The position numbers were made by a program, and so were the translations under genes. DNA of 64,000 nt, taken from positions 1,024,001-1,088,000 of the forward strand of contig OZ242311.1 in NCBI GenBank assembly GCA_965207885.1. Reading direction: 5' to 3'. Of this stretch, positions 53,469 to 62,477 are shown one piece after another (within the stretch, counting starts at the first letter, position 1; each line of letters starts with the position of its first letter). The notes under the pieces were generated by a model that saw only the letters and a program-made list of their open reading frames with translations, was not told where the DNA came from and did not search any database. The stretch is from Candidatus Latescibacterota bacterium (GTDB lineage: Bacteria; Latescibacterota; UBA2968).

Positions 53469-54944
53469 CTAAAAGAATTGCCGCTTTGTGTCAATCCATC
53501 GGCTGATTGTTACTTTTTGTCGCGTGAAGAACGATATGCCTTCGGTGCCCTGTACATGTAAGTCGCCGAAGAAGGAATTGTTCCACCCGGAGAAGGGGAA
53601 GAATGCCATGGGCGCGGGTACGCCGATGTTGATGCCGACCATGCCGGCGTTTACTTCGTGGCGAAATTTGCGCGCGGCTCCGCCACTGGATGTGAATAGT
53701 ACGGCTGCGTTGCCGTATCCGCTGGCATTGCACCGCGCAATGGCTCCGCTCAGGTCATCTGTGTGCATGGTCGATAATACGGGTCCGAAGATTTCTTCCC
53801 GCGCAATGGACATCTGGGGTTTTACCCGATCGAAAATTGTAGCACCGAGGTAGAAGCCATGCGGCGTTTCTTCGATGTGTACATCGCGTCCATCTACGAT
53901 CAGTTCTGCGCCTTCTCGCAATCCGTTTTCAATATGTTGATGGATGCGGTCCAGATGCGTTTTGGTCACTACTGGTCCCATATCTACACCGGGGTCGCGG
54001 TCGGTTGGTCCCACCCGAAATTCGCGTGCGGTTTCACTGAGCGGTTCCAGGAAACGTTCGCCCGCGCCTTCGGCACAGACGAGGACACTGCCGGCCATGC
54101 AGCGTTCGCCCGCGCAGCCATAAGCAGATCCCATGACGGCTGCTACGGTTGAGTCCAGGTCGGCGTCGGGCAATACGATTAAGTAATTTTTCGCGCCACC
54201 GGCTGATTGTACGCGTTTGCCATTGCGCGTGGCTGTTTCATAGACATAGCGCGCCACGGGTGTTGATCCGACGAATGAAACGGTTTTGACTTCGGGGTGG
54301 GCGAGTAGTGCATCTACCGCGTCTTTTCCACCGTGTGCGATGTTGAATACGCCGGGCGGTAATCCGGCTTCGGCCAATAATTCGCCAATTCGAATCGCGC
54401 TCAATGGTACGCGCTCCGATGGCTTTAATACGTAGGTGTTGCCACATACCAGGGCGATGGGCAATGTCCACATGGGTACCATAGATGGAAAGTTGAATGG
54501 CGTGATGCCCACGGATACGCCTATGGGTTGTCGGATGGTGTCGCAATCAATCCCCTGTGCGATATTTTCCAGCGAGTCGCCCATCAAGAGCGCAGGCGCA
54601 CCACAGGCAAATTCCGCGACTTCGATTCCGCGTCGAATTTCGCCTCGCGCATCCTCTATGGTTTTGCCGTTTTCGAGGGTTACGAGTTGGGCCAATTCCT
54701 CGAAGTGGGTTTCCATGAGTGCGACAAGCCGGAACATTACGCGCGCGCGGTCAACGGCTGGTGTATTTGCCCATTCGGGAAATGCGTCTGCGGCTGATTG
54801 CACTACGCGATCTATCTCTGACGCGCCACATAAGGGCGTTGCGGCTATTTCTGTTCCATCCGATGGGTTGTAAACCGGTACTGTTTCCGTTGTTTCAGAT
54901 GCTACCCATTCGCCATTGAGCAATAATTTGACTGTTTCGGCCAT
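53469..54944 (-). CDS. mmsA: CoA-acylating methylmalonate-semialdehyde dehydrogenase
   Basis: ITPFNFP, GGAKN, GERCMA and GINIGVPAPMAFFPFSGW motifs. Confidence 0.9.
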   Translation of the reverse strand: MAETVKLLLNGEWVASETTETVPVYNPSDGTEIAATPLCGASEIDRVVQSAADAFPEWANTPAVDRARVMFRLVALMETHFEELAQLVTLENGKTIEDARGEIRRGIEVAEFACGAPALLMGDSLENIAQGIDCDTIRQPIGVSVGITPFNFPSMVPMWTLPIALVCGNTYVLKPSERVPLSAIRIGELLAEAGLPPGVFNIAHGGKDAVDALLAHPEVKTVSFVGSTPVARYVYETATRNGKRVQSAGGAKNYLIVLPDADLDSTVAAVMGSAYGCAGERCMAGSVLVCAEGAGERFLEPLSETAREFRVGPTDRDPGVDMGPVVTKTHLDRIHQHIENGLREGAELIVDGRDVHIEETPHGFYLGATIFDRVKPQMSIAREEIFGPVLSTMHTDDLSGAIARCNASGYGNAAVLFTSSGGAARKFRHEVNAGMVGINIGVPAPMAFFPFSGWNNSFFGDLHVQGTEGISFFTRQKVTISRWIDTKRQFF

Positions 54945-54959
54945 GATTATCTCCTGTGC

Positions 54960-56417
54960 TCACTCCGATCCGTGTTGGCGAAATTTTGGTGCTTCGCCGG
55001 GTACGGGCGAGTTGTCAAATGCGCCCCGATGAATTACGGCTTCTTTGCCACCCAGAGATTCAATCATTTCTCGTTGCGAGGTTTTGGCCCGGGTATCCAC
55101 AGCTTCGGGATCGATGAGGTCGCGCAATTCGCGTTCGAAATTTTCCAGGACTTCTCGATGATCGGGCGACTGCGCGAGGTCGCGGCACTCTTCTGGGTCG
55201 TCTATTGTATCGAATAATTGCGGCGGGTTATTGACGTGATATATGTATTTGTATTGTCGATTGCGCAACATATACGCCCCGTGCTGTGCGCCTATCGCGT
55301 GGTATTCGCTAAATACCGTGCGGTCGCGGTCTTCTTCCCGTGCAATGGACCACAGTGATTCGCCTGGCAACTCTGCGTCGTCTTCGGTGTGTTGCGCGCC
55401 CACGGCTTCCAAAATTGTCGGGAAGCTATCGACGAGCGAGACAGGCGTTTCCACGACTTTGCCCGCGGGGACGTCGGGACCTGCCATCAAAAAGGGTACG
55501 GCGGCCGATTCTTCATACATGGTAAATTTGCCGTATATGCCGCGTCCGCCCAGGTGTTCACCGTGATCTGTTGTATAGATTATGCGGGTTGTGTCGGTTA
55601 ATCTCAGTTCGTCCAGGGTATTTAGTACCCGACCAATTTGCCGGTCCAGGTATGTGCATACGCCGTAATACGCCGCATTTAGTTGCCGCACGGTGGCTTC
55701 GGGGAATTGGGGATCAAATGTGAAGAATCGCCTGAAATAGTCCATTGCGGGATGATCGGGCCAGTCCTCTGTGCGCCATTGCGGCGGCATGGGCAATTCG
55801 TCCGGGGCGTAGATGTCGTATGCGTCTGGCGGCGAAATATACGGCGGATGTGGGCACACAAATGATAAAAACAGGCACCAGGGTTTTTCGTCGTGCCAAT
55901 GCTCTTGCAGCCACTTTATCGCGTTGTCTGCGTTGCGCTGGTCGTATTGCAAATACGTCGAGTCGCCCGGTCCAGCTTCTCGAATTCCCGGTCGTTTGTT
56001 GCGATAGGGCGGCTGTTCCCGGATACAGGCCAGTATGTCGCCCATGCCATCGACGACGTTTAATGGTTCGATTTCTTCGGTGAAGCCGTGATCCGTGCCC
56101 TGGCCCTTAAAGTGCAATTTGCCAATTGATGTGGCGTTAAAATCCTGCTCGCGCAAGCGATGATGCCAGCTTGGCGTGTCTCCGATGTATGGATGTCCAT
56201 TATCCCAGTTGCCTATCTGATGTACGTAGCGTCCCGTGGCCAGAGATGCACGCGCCGGTACGCAAATTGGACAGTTGGTGTAGGCATTGGTAAATCGCGT
56301 GCCCTGTTCGGATAGCCGATCCAGGTTGGGGGTTTGTACCATCGGGTGACCATAACATCCGAGTAAATTGCGATTGTGTTGATCGGATATGATGTAGAGC
56401 ATGTTTGTCGGTTGCAT
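54960..56417 (-). CDS. Sulfatase (choline-sulfatase-like)
   Basis: SDQH, CVPAR, GKLH, DHGE and FSEYH motifs. Confidence 0.9.
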   Translation of the reverse strand: MQPTNMLYIISDQHNRNLLGCYGHPMVQTPNLDRLSEQGTRFTNAYTNCPICVPARASLATGRYVHQIGNWDNGHPYIGDTPSWHHRLREQDFNATSIGKLHFKGQGTDHGFTEEIEPLNVVDGMGDILACIREQPPYRNKRPGIREAGPGDSTYLQYDQRNADNAIKWLQEHWHDEKPWCLFLSFVCPHPPYISPPDAYDIYAPDELPMPPQWRTEDWPDHPAMDYFRRFFTFDPQFPEATVRQLNAAYYGVCTYLDRQIGRVLNTLDELRLTDTTRIIYTTDHGEHLGGRGIYGKFTMYEESAAVPFLMAGPDVPAGKVVETPVSLVDSFPTILEAVGAQHTEDDAELPGESLWSIAREEDRDRTVFSEYHAIGAQHGAYMLRNRQYKYIYHVNNPPQLFDTIDDPEECRDLAQSPDHREVLENFERELRDLIDPEAVDTRAKTSQREMIESLGGKEAVIHRGAFDNSPVPGEAPKFRQHGSE

Positions 56418-56424
56418 AAAGACC

Positions 56425-56949
56425 TCATTTTTTCCATAAATTCATTACGGCACCATTTGTTCCAAAGACCGGATCGGATGCGGGCATTGGTACTTTGGGT
56501 ATATTTTCCAGCGCGTGTTTGTGTTCACGGGCACTTTCTCGACACAGGTCTGGGTGCTGTCCATCGGGATATGCGCCTACGACTAATAGATCTGTACTCG
56601 CGCCCAGGTTTTTGTGTCCCACGCCCGCGGGAATTACCATGACATCGCCAGGTCCGATTGTCAAGCGCGCGCCCTGTTCACCGCCCATGCACACTCTGGC
56701 ACTTCCCTGCGCTATGCCCAAGACTTCGTGTGCTGTGGCGTGGTAGTGGTGAAAAGGATAAATGCCGTTGCGCCACGAACGCGACCAGCGATTGGCGGCA
56801 AATACCTGCTCAAATGCCCGTGCGGGATCGTCTTCGGGTAGTGATAGAGCACCTTGATAGACGATGAGGGGAAACGCGCTGTTTGGAACCACACCGTCGT
56901 CTTGAAAATAATGCGGTGTTATTTGTGCGTTTTTTTGGACGAATTCCAT
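56425..56949 (-). CDS. Cupin domain protein (YjlB-like)
   Basis: HHYHATAHEVLG, IPAGVGH and VGAYP motifs. Confidence 0.85.
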   Translation of the reverse strand: MEFVQKNAQITPHYFQDDGVVPNSAFPLIVYQGALSLPEDDPARAFEQVFAANRWSRSWRNGIYPFHHYHATAHEVLGIAQGSARVCMGGEQGARLTIGPGDVMVIPAGVGHKNLGASTDLLVVGAYPDGQHPDLCRESAREHKHALENIPKVPMPASDPVFGTNGAVMNLWKK

Positions 56950-57047
56950 AATTTTCCTTTCGCGTGGATTCAAGGAGTTTTAAGTTATTCATCTTGTGTG
57001 TTTTGTAAAGAATTAAAGATGGAGGAATGTAAAAGAAAAAACAAATC

Positions 57048-57076
57048 TTGACAAATGAACATTTGTGCACTAATTT
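57048..57076 (+). promoter_or_regulatory. Promoter with overlapping palindromic operator
   Basis: TTGACA (57048-57053)-N17-TAATTT; palindrome ACAAATG-AA-CATTTGT at 57051-57066. Confidence 0.55.
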
Positions 57077-57123
57077 TTTGAAGTGTGTTTATTTTGTCTA
57101 GGCTGCTCTATGTGGGGTGTTCT

Positions 57124-58008
57124 ATGATGTATTACCGACGAAAAGTTTTGTTGGCAGTGGTTGAGGTATTTGGCGGCAGATTAAAGCGGACAGATTTTCA
57201 AAAACTGCTCTTTTTGTTTTGCCAATATACCGGGCAGAATTTCTACGATTTTTTCCCATATAAATACGGTGGATTTAGTTTCTTGTCTTATCAAGATAAG
57301 AGTCGTCTGGTATCACAAGGTCTTTTAAGTCGGGACGAGGATTTTGAATTTATAGCAGATGTGTCTTTTGTCGAGCAACTCAAGTCAAAAGATCAAGTTG
57401 CTCTTAAGACTTTTGTTGCTGAAACAAATGGATTGCGAGGGAATCCACTCATTCGAAAAACCTATCTCGAGTTTCCTGCTTACGCCTGTCAAAGTAAGAT
57501 TCTTTCAGAAATATTAAGCGATGATGAAATTACATCCCTGCAGCCGTGGTGGCAGCGGGATACATCGCCCTGTCTTTTCACAATTGGATATGAGGGTAAA
57601 AGTATTGATGCCTATCTTAATCAATTGATTGCCAATAATGTTAAGGCACTCGTTGATGTGCGTAAAAATCCATTATCTATGAAATATGGGTTTTCTAAAA
57701 CGAGATTGCGAAGTTATATAGAAAGCGTTGGCCTTCAATATTACCATTTGCCAGAGTTGGGCATTCCATCAAGTTTGCGGCGTGATCTAAATTCATCTGA
57801 TGCATATCGAGATTTGTTTGAATATTATCGTACGAAAATTTTACCAGACCAATTCGAGAGTCTCGAAGATGTAAAGACATTGTTGAGCAAACATACGCGT
57901 ATTGCATTGACGTGCTTTGAAAAAGATCATCACTGCTGTCATCGCAATCAGGTGACGGAATATTTAAAAAAGAACGCAGGTTTTAGCACCCGAGTTGCCC
58001 ATTTATAG
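57124..58008 (+). CDS. DUF488 domain protein with an N-terminal wHTH-like domain
   Basis: FTIGYEG, LVDVR..P.S.K.GFSK, LGIP...R and LTCFE....CHR motifs; N-terminal QKLLFL...F.PYKYG. Confidence 0.82.
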   Translation: MMYYRRKVLLAVVEVFGGRLKRTDFQKLLFLFCQYTGQNFYDFFPYKYGGFSFLSYQDKSRLVSQGLLSRDEDFEFIADVSFVEQLKSKDQVALKTFVAETNGLRGNPLIRKTYLEFPAYACQSKILSEILSDDEITSLQPWWQRDTSPCLFTIGYEGKSIDAYLNQLIANNVKALVDVRKNPLSMKYGFSKTRLRSYIESVGLQYYHLPELGIPSSLRRDLNSSDAYRDLFEYYRTKILPDQFESLEDVKTLLSKHTRIALTCFEKDHHCCHRNQVTEYLKKNAGFSTRVAHL

Positions 58009-58018
58009 GACTTAAAGA

Positions 58019-58858
58019 ATGAATCTTGAAATTCCCCAGGCAGAGGTGTTCATTACAGTCAAAACCTATCCTCAACCTTCGAGCCGTTATGGAGAATTGG
58101 TATGTACAGCGGGGTTACTCAATGGCGAACAGTGGATTCGAATCTATCCCGTTCCATTTCGGTTTTTACAGGATAATCAGCAGTATCCGAAATACAGTTG
58201 GATTACACTTGATTTAGAAAGAAGGACGCGGGATTTTCGTCCCGAGAGCTATCGACCGCGTCGAGGCATTGATGAACCTATTCATGTAGGCGATAAGCTG
58301 GGTACTCAAGATGCATGGGCTGGACGAAAGGAGTTTGTACTGAAGGAAGTTTTTACATCTATGCAGGAGCTTATCAAATTGGCCAGGACGGAGCCAGAAT
58401 ATAAATCGCTCGCTACGCTTAAGCCTGCTGAAATTGTCGATTTTGAGATCCGAGAAACAGACCGCGATTGGAAAGAGAAAATTATCGCTCAAAATCAACA
58501 GGGTAATATTTTTGAGACCAATGCCAAAGGAGAGATGCAATCGCGCCAGTTTGTGCAAAAACTTCCTTACAAATATTCCTATAAGTTTTTTTCAGAAGGC
58601 GATGATCGGCCACGTACGATGATGATTGAGGATTGGGAAATCGGAGCACTGTTCTGGAACTGCTTTAAAAAAACCGATGGGGATGAAGTGGCGGCCAATG
58701 CACTTGTTAAGCAACAATATTTTGATACATTTCTCGAAAAACGTGATGTGTATCTTTTTTTGGGTACCACGCTACAACACCATCACGTATCTCTAAATCC
58801 CTTCGTGATCATTGGTGTTTTCTATCCTCCTAAGACACCGCAATTGTCTCTCTTTTAA
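58019..58858 (+). CDS. Conserved hypothetical protein, DUF488 partner (dual OB-like)
   Basis: VKTYP.PS..Y.E.VCTAG, WIRIYPVPFR, RPESY and IEDWEIG motifs; 10 bp downstream of the DUF488 gene. Confidence 0.65.
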   Translation: MNLEIPQAEVFITVKTYPQPSSRYGELVCTAGLLNGEQWIRIYPVPFRFLQDNQQYPKYSWITLDLERRTRDFRPESYRPRRGIDEPIHVGDKLGTQDAWAGRKEFVLKEVFTSMQELIKLARTEPEYKSLATLKPAEIVDFEIRETDRDWKEKIIAQNQQGNIFETNAKGEMQSRQFVQKLPYKYSYKFFSEGDDRPRTMMIEDWEIGALFWNCFKKTDGDEVAANALVKQQYFDTFLEKRDVYLFLGTTLQHHHVSLNPFVIIGVFYPPKTPQLSLF

Positions 58859-58875
58859 ATCTCGTGACCCACGCT

Positions 58876-59661
58876 TCATTTTTTTAATCTACGCATCACC
58901 TCGATGCACTCAGCTACCTGTTTCTCTGGGGAAGGAGCGTTATTTTCTTCTTCCAATACCAGCCAGCCCGTAAATCCTTGTAGCGCGCTTTGCAGTGCTG
59001 ATAGGTCTAATACGCCCGTGCCCAATTGTGGTCGAAGGGCATTGCCCTGAGCGTCTTCTGAATGGTCTGCGAGGTGGATGATGTGTAGTCTGTCTGAGAG
59101 TTCTCTGACCAATGCGATTGCGTCTTTGCCCGCCCGTATGTGATGTCCGGTGTCAAAGGCAAATCCCACGTATGACGGTTCGGTATATGCCGCCAGTTTG
59201 ACCAGTCCTTCTTGTTCAGATTCCCACCAGTGGTTGTGATAGGCGAGTTGGACGCCTTTGGGCGCGCAGTGTTCGCCCAGGAGGTTCAGACCTTCTGCGG
59301 TTTTTTCCCACATTTCGTCTGATACGGTTCCCTGTGTTGGACGTCGTCCGCTGCAAACAATGTACTGTCCGCCAACAGCGGATACAAAGTCGGCGATTTG
59401 GTTGCCTTCAATTCTAATTTGCTCGCGGGAGGATTCATCCCAGTGTGCGGCACCGTAATGCGCGCCGATCAGTTCGAGATTGGTTTCGGATAGGATGCGT
59501 TTGAATGCTTCGGGGTCTTGAAAATAGCGTTCCAGATTTTTCCAATTTGCTTCCAGTCCCCTGAAACACAGCTTTCCGATTTGGTGAACCACTGAGAGGA
59601 AGTCCGCTTCGCTGGGGTATATTCCTTTGCCAAATGATCTCGCCTGGCATCCGAGTTTCAT
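58876..59661 (-). CDS. Sugar phosphate isomerase/epimerase (IolE-like TIM barrel)
   Basis: YHNHWWE, FDTGH, HLAD and WLVLEEE motifs. Confidence 0.82.
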   Translation of the reverse strand: MKLGCQARSFGKGIYPSEADFLSVVHQIGKLCFRGLEANWKNLERYFQDPEAFKRILSETNLELIGAHYGAAHWDESSREQIRIEGNQIADFVSAVGGQYIVCSGRRPTQGTVSDEMWEKTAEGLNLLGEHCAPKGVQLAYHNHWWESEQEGLVKLAAYTEPSYVGFAFDTGHHIRAGKDAIALVRELSDRLHIIHLADHSEDAQGNALRPQLGTGVLDLSALQSALQGFTGWLVLEEENNAPSPEKQVAECIEVMRRLKK

Positions 59662-59677
59662 TTTGTCTTCCTTCGGT

Positions 59678-59777
59678 AAAAAAAGCGCGAATAGACGAAT
59701 AGACGAATAGACGAATGGCAACACTGATTCTGGGAGGATGGGCGGGGTTCGTAGATTCGTAGATTCGCTGATTCGTT
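59678..59777. repeat. ~100-bp element with inverted 8-mer tandem arms, copy 2
   Basis: AAAAAAAGCGCGAAT(AGACGAAT)3...GCGGGGTTCGT(AGATTCGT)... Confidence 0.75.
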
Positions 59778-60777
59778 AAAGCTCGACTGTGATGGCTTTT
59801 CCCTCGCGGGAAGAGAAATATGCGCCTTCGCTTACCGCTACTTGTGCGAGTCCATCTCGCAGGCTCGCTCCGGGCGATACATCCGTTCGCCCTTCTTTCA
59901 CGCATTGCGCGAAATGCGTCCACATGTCTGTCGGCGGCTGTCCCGATCCCGTCCATTCTCCCGCTTTTAGATCAATCGGTGTTTTGTTTTCGTTAAATCC
60001 GAGGTGTGTGACGTATCGGATTCGATTGCGTTCTACTGACGAGATGTTTCCCCTCAAGCCCGCCATCTGATAGATGTTCTGCATCTGGATGCCCGCCATG
60101 CTGCCCGTCATGCACACGATTTGCCCGTTTTCGCATCGGGTTGTGATGTTGACAAATTCTACGGCGTCTTTGTCGGGTTTGAACAGGCCGCAACGCTGGT
60201 GTCCCATGACTTCTACGGGCAAAGAGCCTGTCCACCACAAAGCCAGGTCCATGGTGTGTGAGAGCGCGTCGAGGATGCCGCTGTAGTGTTCGGGAAAGAA
60301 ATATTGCGGGTTAAAAAATCCGCGCTGAAGTGTTACATTGGTTTGTATCAGGTCGATCTGTGAGGCAAGGGCTTTCATTTCCTGGGCAAAAGCCGTGAAG
60401 CGAGATTGATAGCCCACCATTGCTACGACGTTATTTTTTTCTGCAAGTTCACAAATTTCTACGCCCGATTCAATGCTGTCGCAGTATGGCTTTTCGACCA
60501 GGAATGGCTTGCCTGCCGCGGCTGCATCGCGCATGACGCCTGCGTGGTGTCGCGTGTGCGTTGCAATTGCCAGGGCGTCGATGTCATTCCGTGCGATGAC
60601 TTCCCGATGGTCGAGTTCGTATTTTACGTTAAAATTTTCAGCCGCGTTTTTGGCGCGTTCTTCATCCAGGTCGCACACGAGTGCGAGTTCGGCTTCATCG
60701 CATCCCAATAGTTCGCGAGCATGCGACGGTCCGCGCTGTCCTGTGCCAATGACTGCTACGCGAATTTTGTTTGACAT
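59776..60777 (-). CDS. Gfo/Idh/MocA oxidoreductase
   Basis: VIGTGQRG, VEKP, GYQSRF and H.MD motifs. Confidence 0.85.
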   Translation of the reverse strand: MSNKIRVAVIGTGQRGPSHARELLGCDEAELALVCDLDEERAKNAAENFNVKYELDHREVIARNDIDALAIATHTRHHAGVMRDAAAAGKPFLVEKPYCDSIESGVEICELAEKNNVVAMVGYQSRFTAFAQEMKALASQIDLIQTNVTLQRGFFNPQYFFPEHYSGILDALSHTMDLALWWTGSLPVEVMGHQRCGLFKPDKDAVEFVNITTRCENGQIVCMTGSMAGIQMQNIYQMAGLRGNISSVERNRIRYVTHLGFNENKTPIDLKAGEWTGSGQPPTDMWTHFAQCVKEGRTDVSPGASLRDGLAQVAVSEGAYFSSREGKAITVEL

Positions 60778-60946
60778 AATACGCTCCTTTCATCCGTGAA
60801 CATGATTTCGGGGTAAGAAATAACCACCAATCTCTCAATACGTCAACAAAAATAGCCTGTTCTGTCTTGACAAGTGCTCAGATGTGTCAGTACTTTTAGT
60901 TTTAACAGGTATTAAAACACCTATTAAAGTAGATATGGAGGATTAA

Positions 60947-62092
60947 ATGAGCGATATAGGTGGAAAAATAGGTGCTGCTCCCATTACGGCACCTGGCTGG
61001 ACCGCGAAGTCCAGAGAAGGCGTTGCAATTGTCGATTGCGATGTACACCAAAATTTTCGCCGTCCGGAAGATTTGTTGCCGCATCTTTCCAAATTTTACC
61101 AGGAGCATCTCTACGATCAGGGGTTGCATTTGCCCGGCGGTGGATATCCCAATATGCCTTTCCGCGCCAATCGGCCGGATTTGAAAGATCCGGATCTCAA
61201 GGAGCGGGATTTCAATTTTTCCGTTGAGTTTTTGCAGAAGGAGCATCTCGACCGCTGGCATATCGATTACGCGCTGTTGACGGGTCCACCGCCTTTTTAC
61301 GGGTATTCGGGTTTGCCGGATCCGGATTGGGCGGCTGCGCTGTGTCGCGCGTTTAACGATTGGACGATTGAGCATTGGCTCAGTCGCGATGACCGTCTCG
61401 TCAATGCCATTCTCGTTTCGGCTACTGATCCGTCTCAGGCGGTCGATGAAATCAACAGGCTGGCGCATCGCAAAGATACGGTTGCGGTGATGGTGCCGAT
61501 GGGTACGATGATGCCTTTTGGGAATCGCTTTTACCATCCGATATGGGAGGCGTGTGAGAATCACGGGTTGCCAGTGGTTTCCCATGTGGGTGGCGGCGGT
61601 GGGGCGACGCGGACTGTTCCGACTCCGGTGGGTTTTCCCACGTATTATATGGAGTCCAGGATGAGCCGACCGTATATGGCGAGTTCTCATGCGTCGTCGT
61701 TGATTTGTGAAGGTGTTTTTGAGAAGTTTCCAAATTTGAAGTTTGCGCTTATTGAAGCACAGCAGTTTTGGGCTGTTCCGATGATGTGGCACATGGATTC
61801 GGATTGGAAGGCGTTGCGCGACCAGACGCCGTGGCTCAAGCGGTTGCCGAGCGAGTATTTCCGCGACCATATTCGGGTTGGCTCACAGCCCTTGCACGAG
61901 CCTGAGCGACCCGAGCAGATACACCAGATGCTGGATATGTTACACGCGGATGAGACCCTTATTTATTGTTCGGATTTTCCCCATTTTGACTGGAACGATC
62001 CCGTGACGACATTTCCCAGGCTGGCAGAGGATTTGCATCAGCGCATTTTTGCCGATAATGCCCTGGAGATGCTGCGTATGGAGGTTGTGTAA
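60947..62092 (+). CDS. Amidohydrolase family 2 protein
   Basis: DCDVH, RAFNDW, GVFEKFPNLK...IE, LPSEYF and SDFPHFD motifs. Confidence 0.88.
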   Translation: MSDIGGKIGAAPITAPGWTAKSREGVAIVDCDVHQNFRRPEDLLPHLSKFYQEHLYDQGLHLPGGGYPNMPFRANRPDLKDPDLKERDFNFSVEFLQKEHLDRWHIDYALLTGPPPFYGYSGLPDPDWAAALCRAFNDWTIEHWLSRDDRLVNAILVSATDPSQAVDEINRLAHRKDTVAVMVPMGTMMPFGNRFYHPIWEACENHGLPVVSHVGGGGGATRTVPTPVGFPTYYMESRMSRPYMASSHASSLICEGVFEKFPNLKFALIEAQQFWAVPMMWHMDSDWKALRDQTPWLKRLPSEYFRDHIRVGSQPLHEPERPEQIHQMLDMLHADETLIYCSDFPHFDWNDPVTTFPRLAEDLHQRIFADNALEMLRMEVV

Positions 62093-62470
62093 ATGGCGCG
62101 TATTGTAGTTGCCAGGGTTTCGGAGATCCCGCCTGGACAGCGCAAAATTGTGGTGCCATTTCGCGGGCGCGCCGGGATTGGCATTTTTAATGTGAGGGGT
62201 TCGTTTTACGCGGTTCGCAATATTTGTCCGCATAAGAATGGTCCGCTTTGTACCGGGACACTCGGCGGTCGGGTGACGACTCAGGCGCCGCCTTCGACGG
62301 GAGAAGGCGAGATTTCCATTGATGGCGATGGCGAGATTCTGCACTGTCCGTGGCATCAGTGGTCTTTTGAGATTTCAACGGGACGCTGTCTGGTGGATCC
62401 GGAGGTGTATGTCAAGACCTATGCGGTAGAAATTGACGGCGATGATGTTGTCGTCACTTATGATGACTAA
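62093..62470 (+). CDS. Rieske [2Fe-2S] ferredoxin
   Basis: CPH...CPWH motifs. Confidence 0.9.
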   Translation: MARIVVARVSEIPPGQRKIVVPFRGRAGIGIFNVRGSFYAVRNICPHKNGPLCTGTLGGRVTTQAPPSTGEGEISIDGDGEILHCPWHQWSFEISTGRCLVDPEVYVKTYAVEIDGDDVVVTYDD

Positions 62471-62477
62471 GGTCGTT

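Noticed and set aside
59689-59777. Tandem repeats as a possible CRISPR array
   Set aside because: The units are 8 bp with no unique spacers and there are no cas genes; treated as a repeat element instead.
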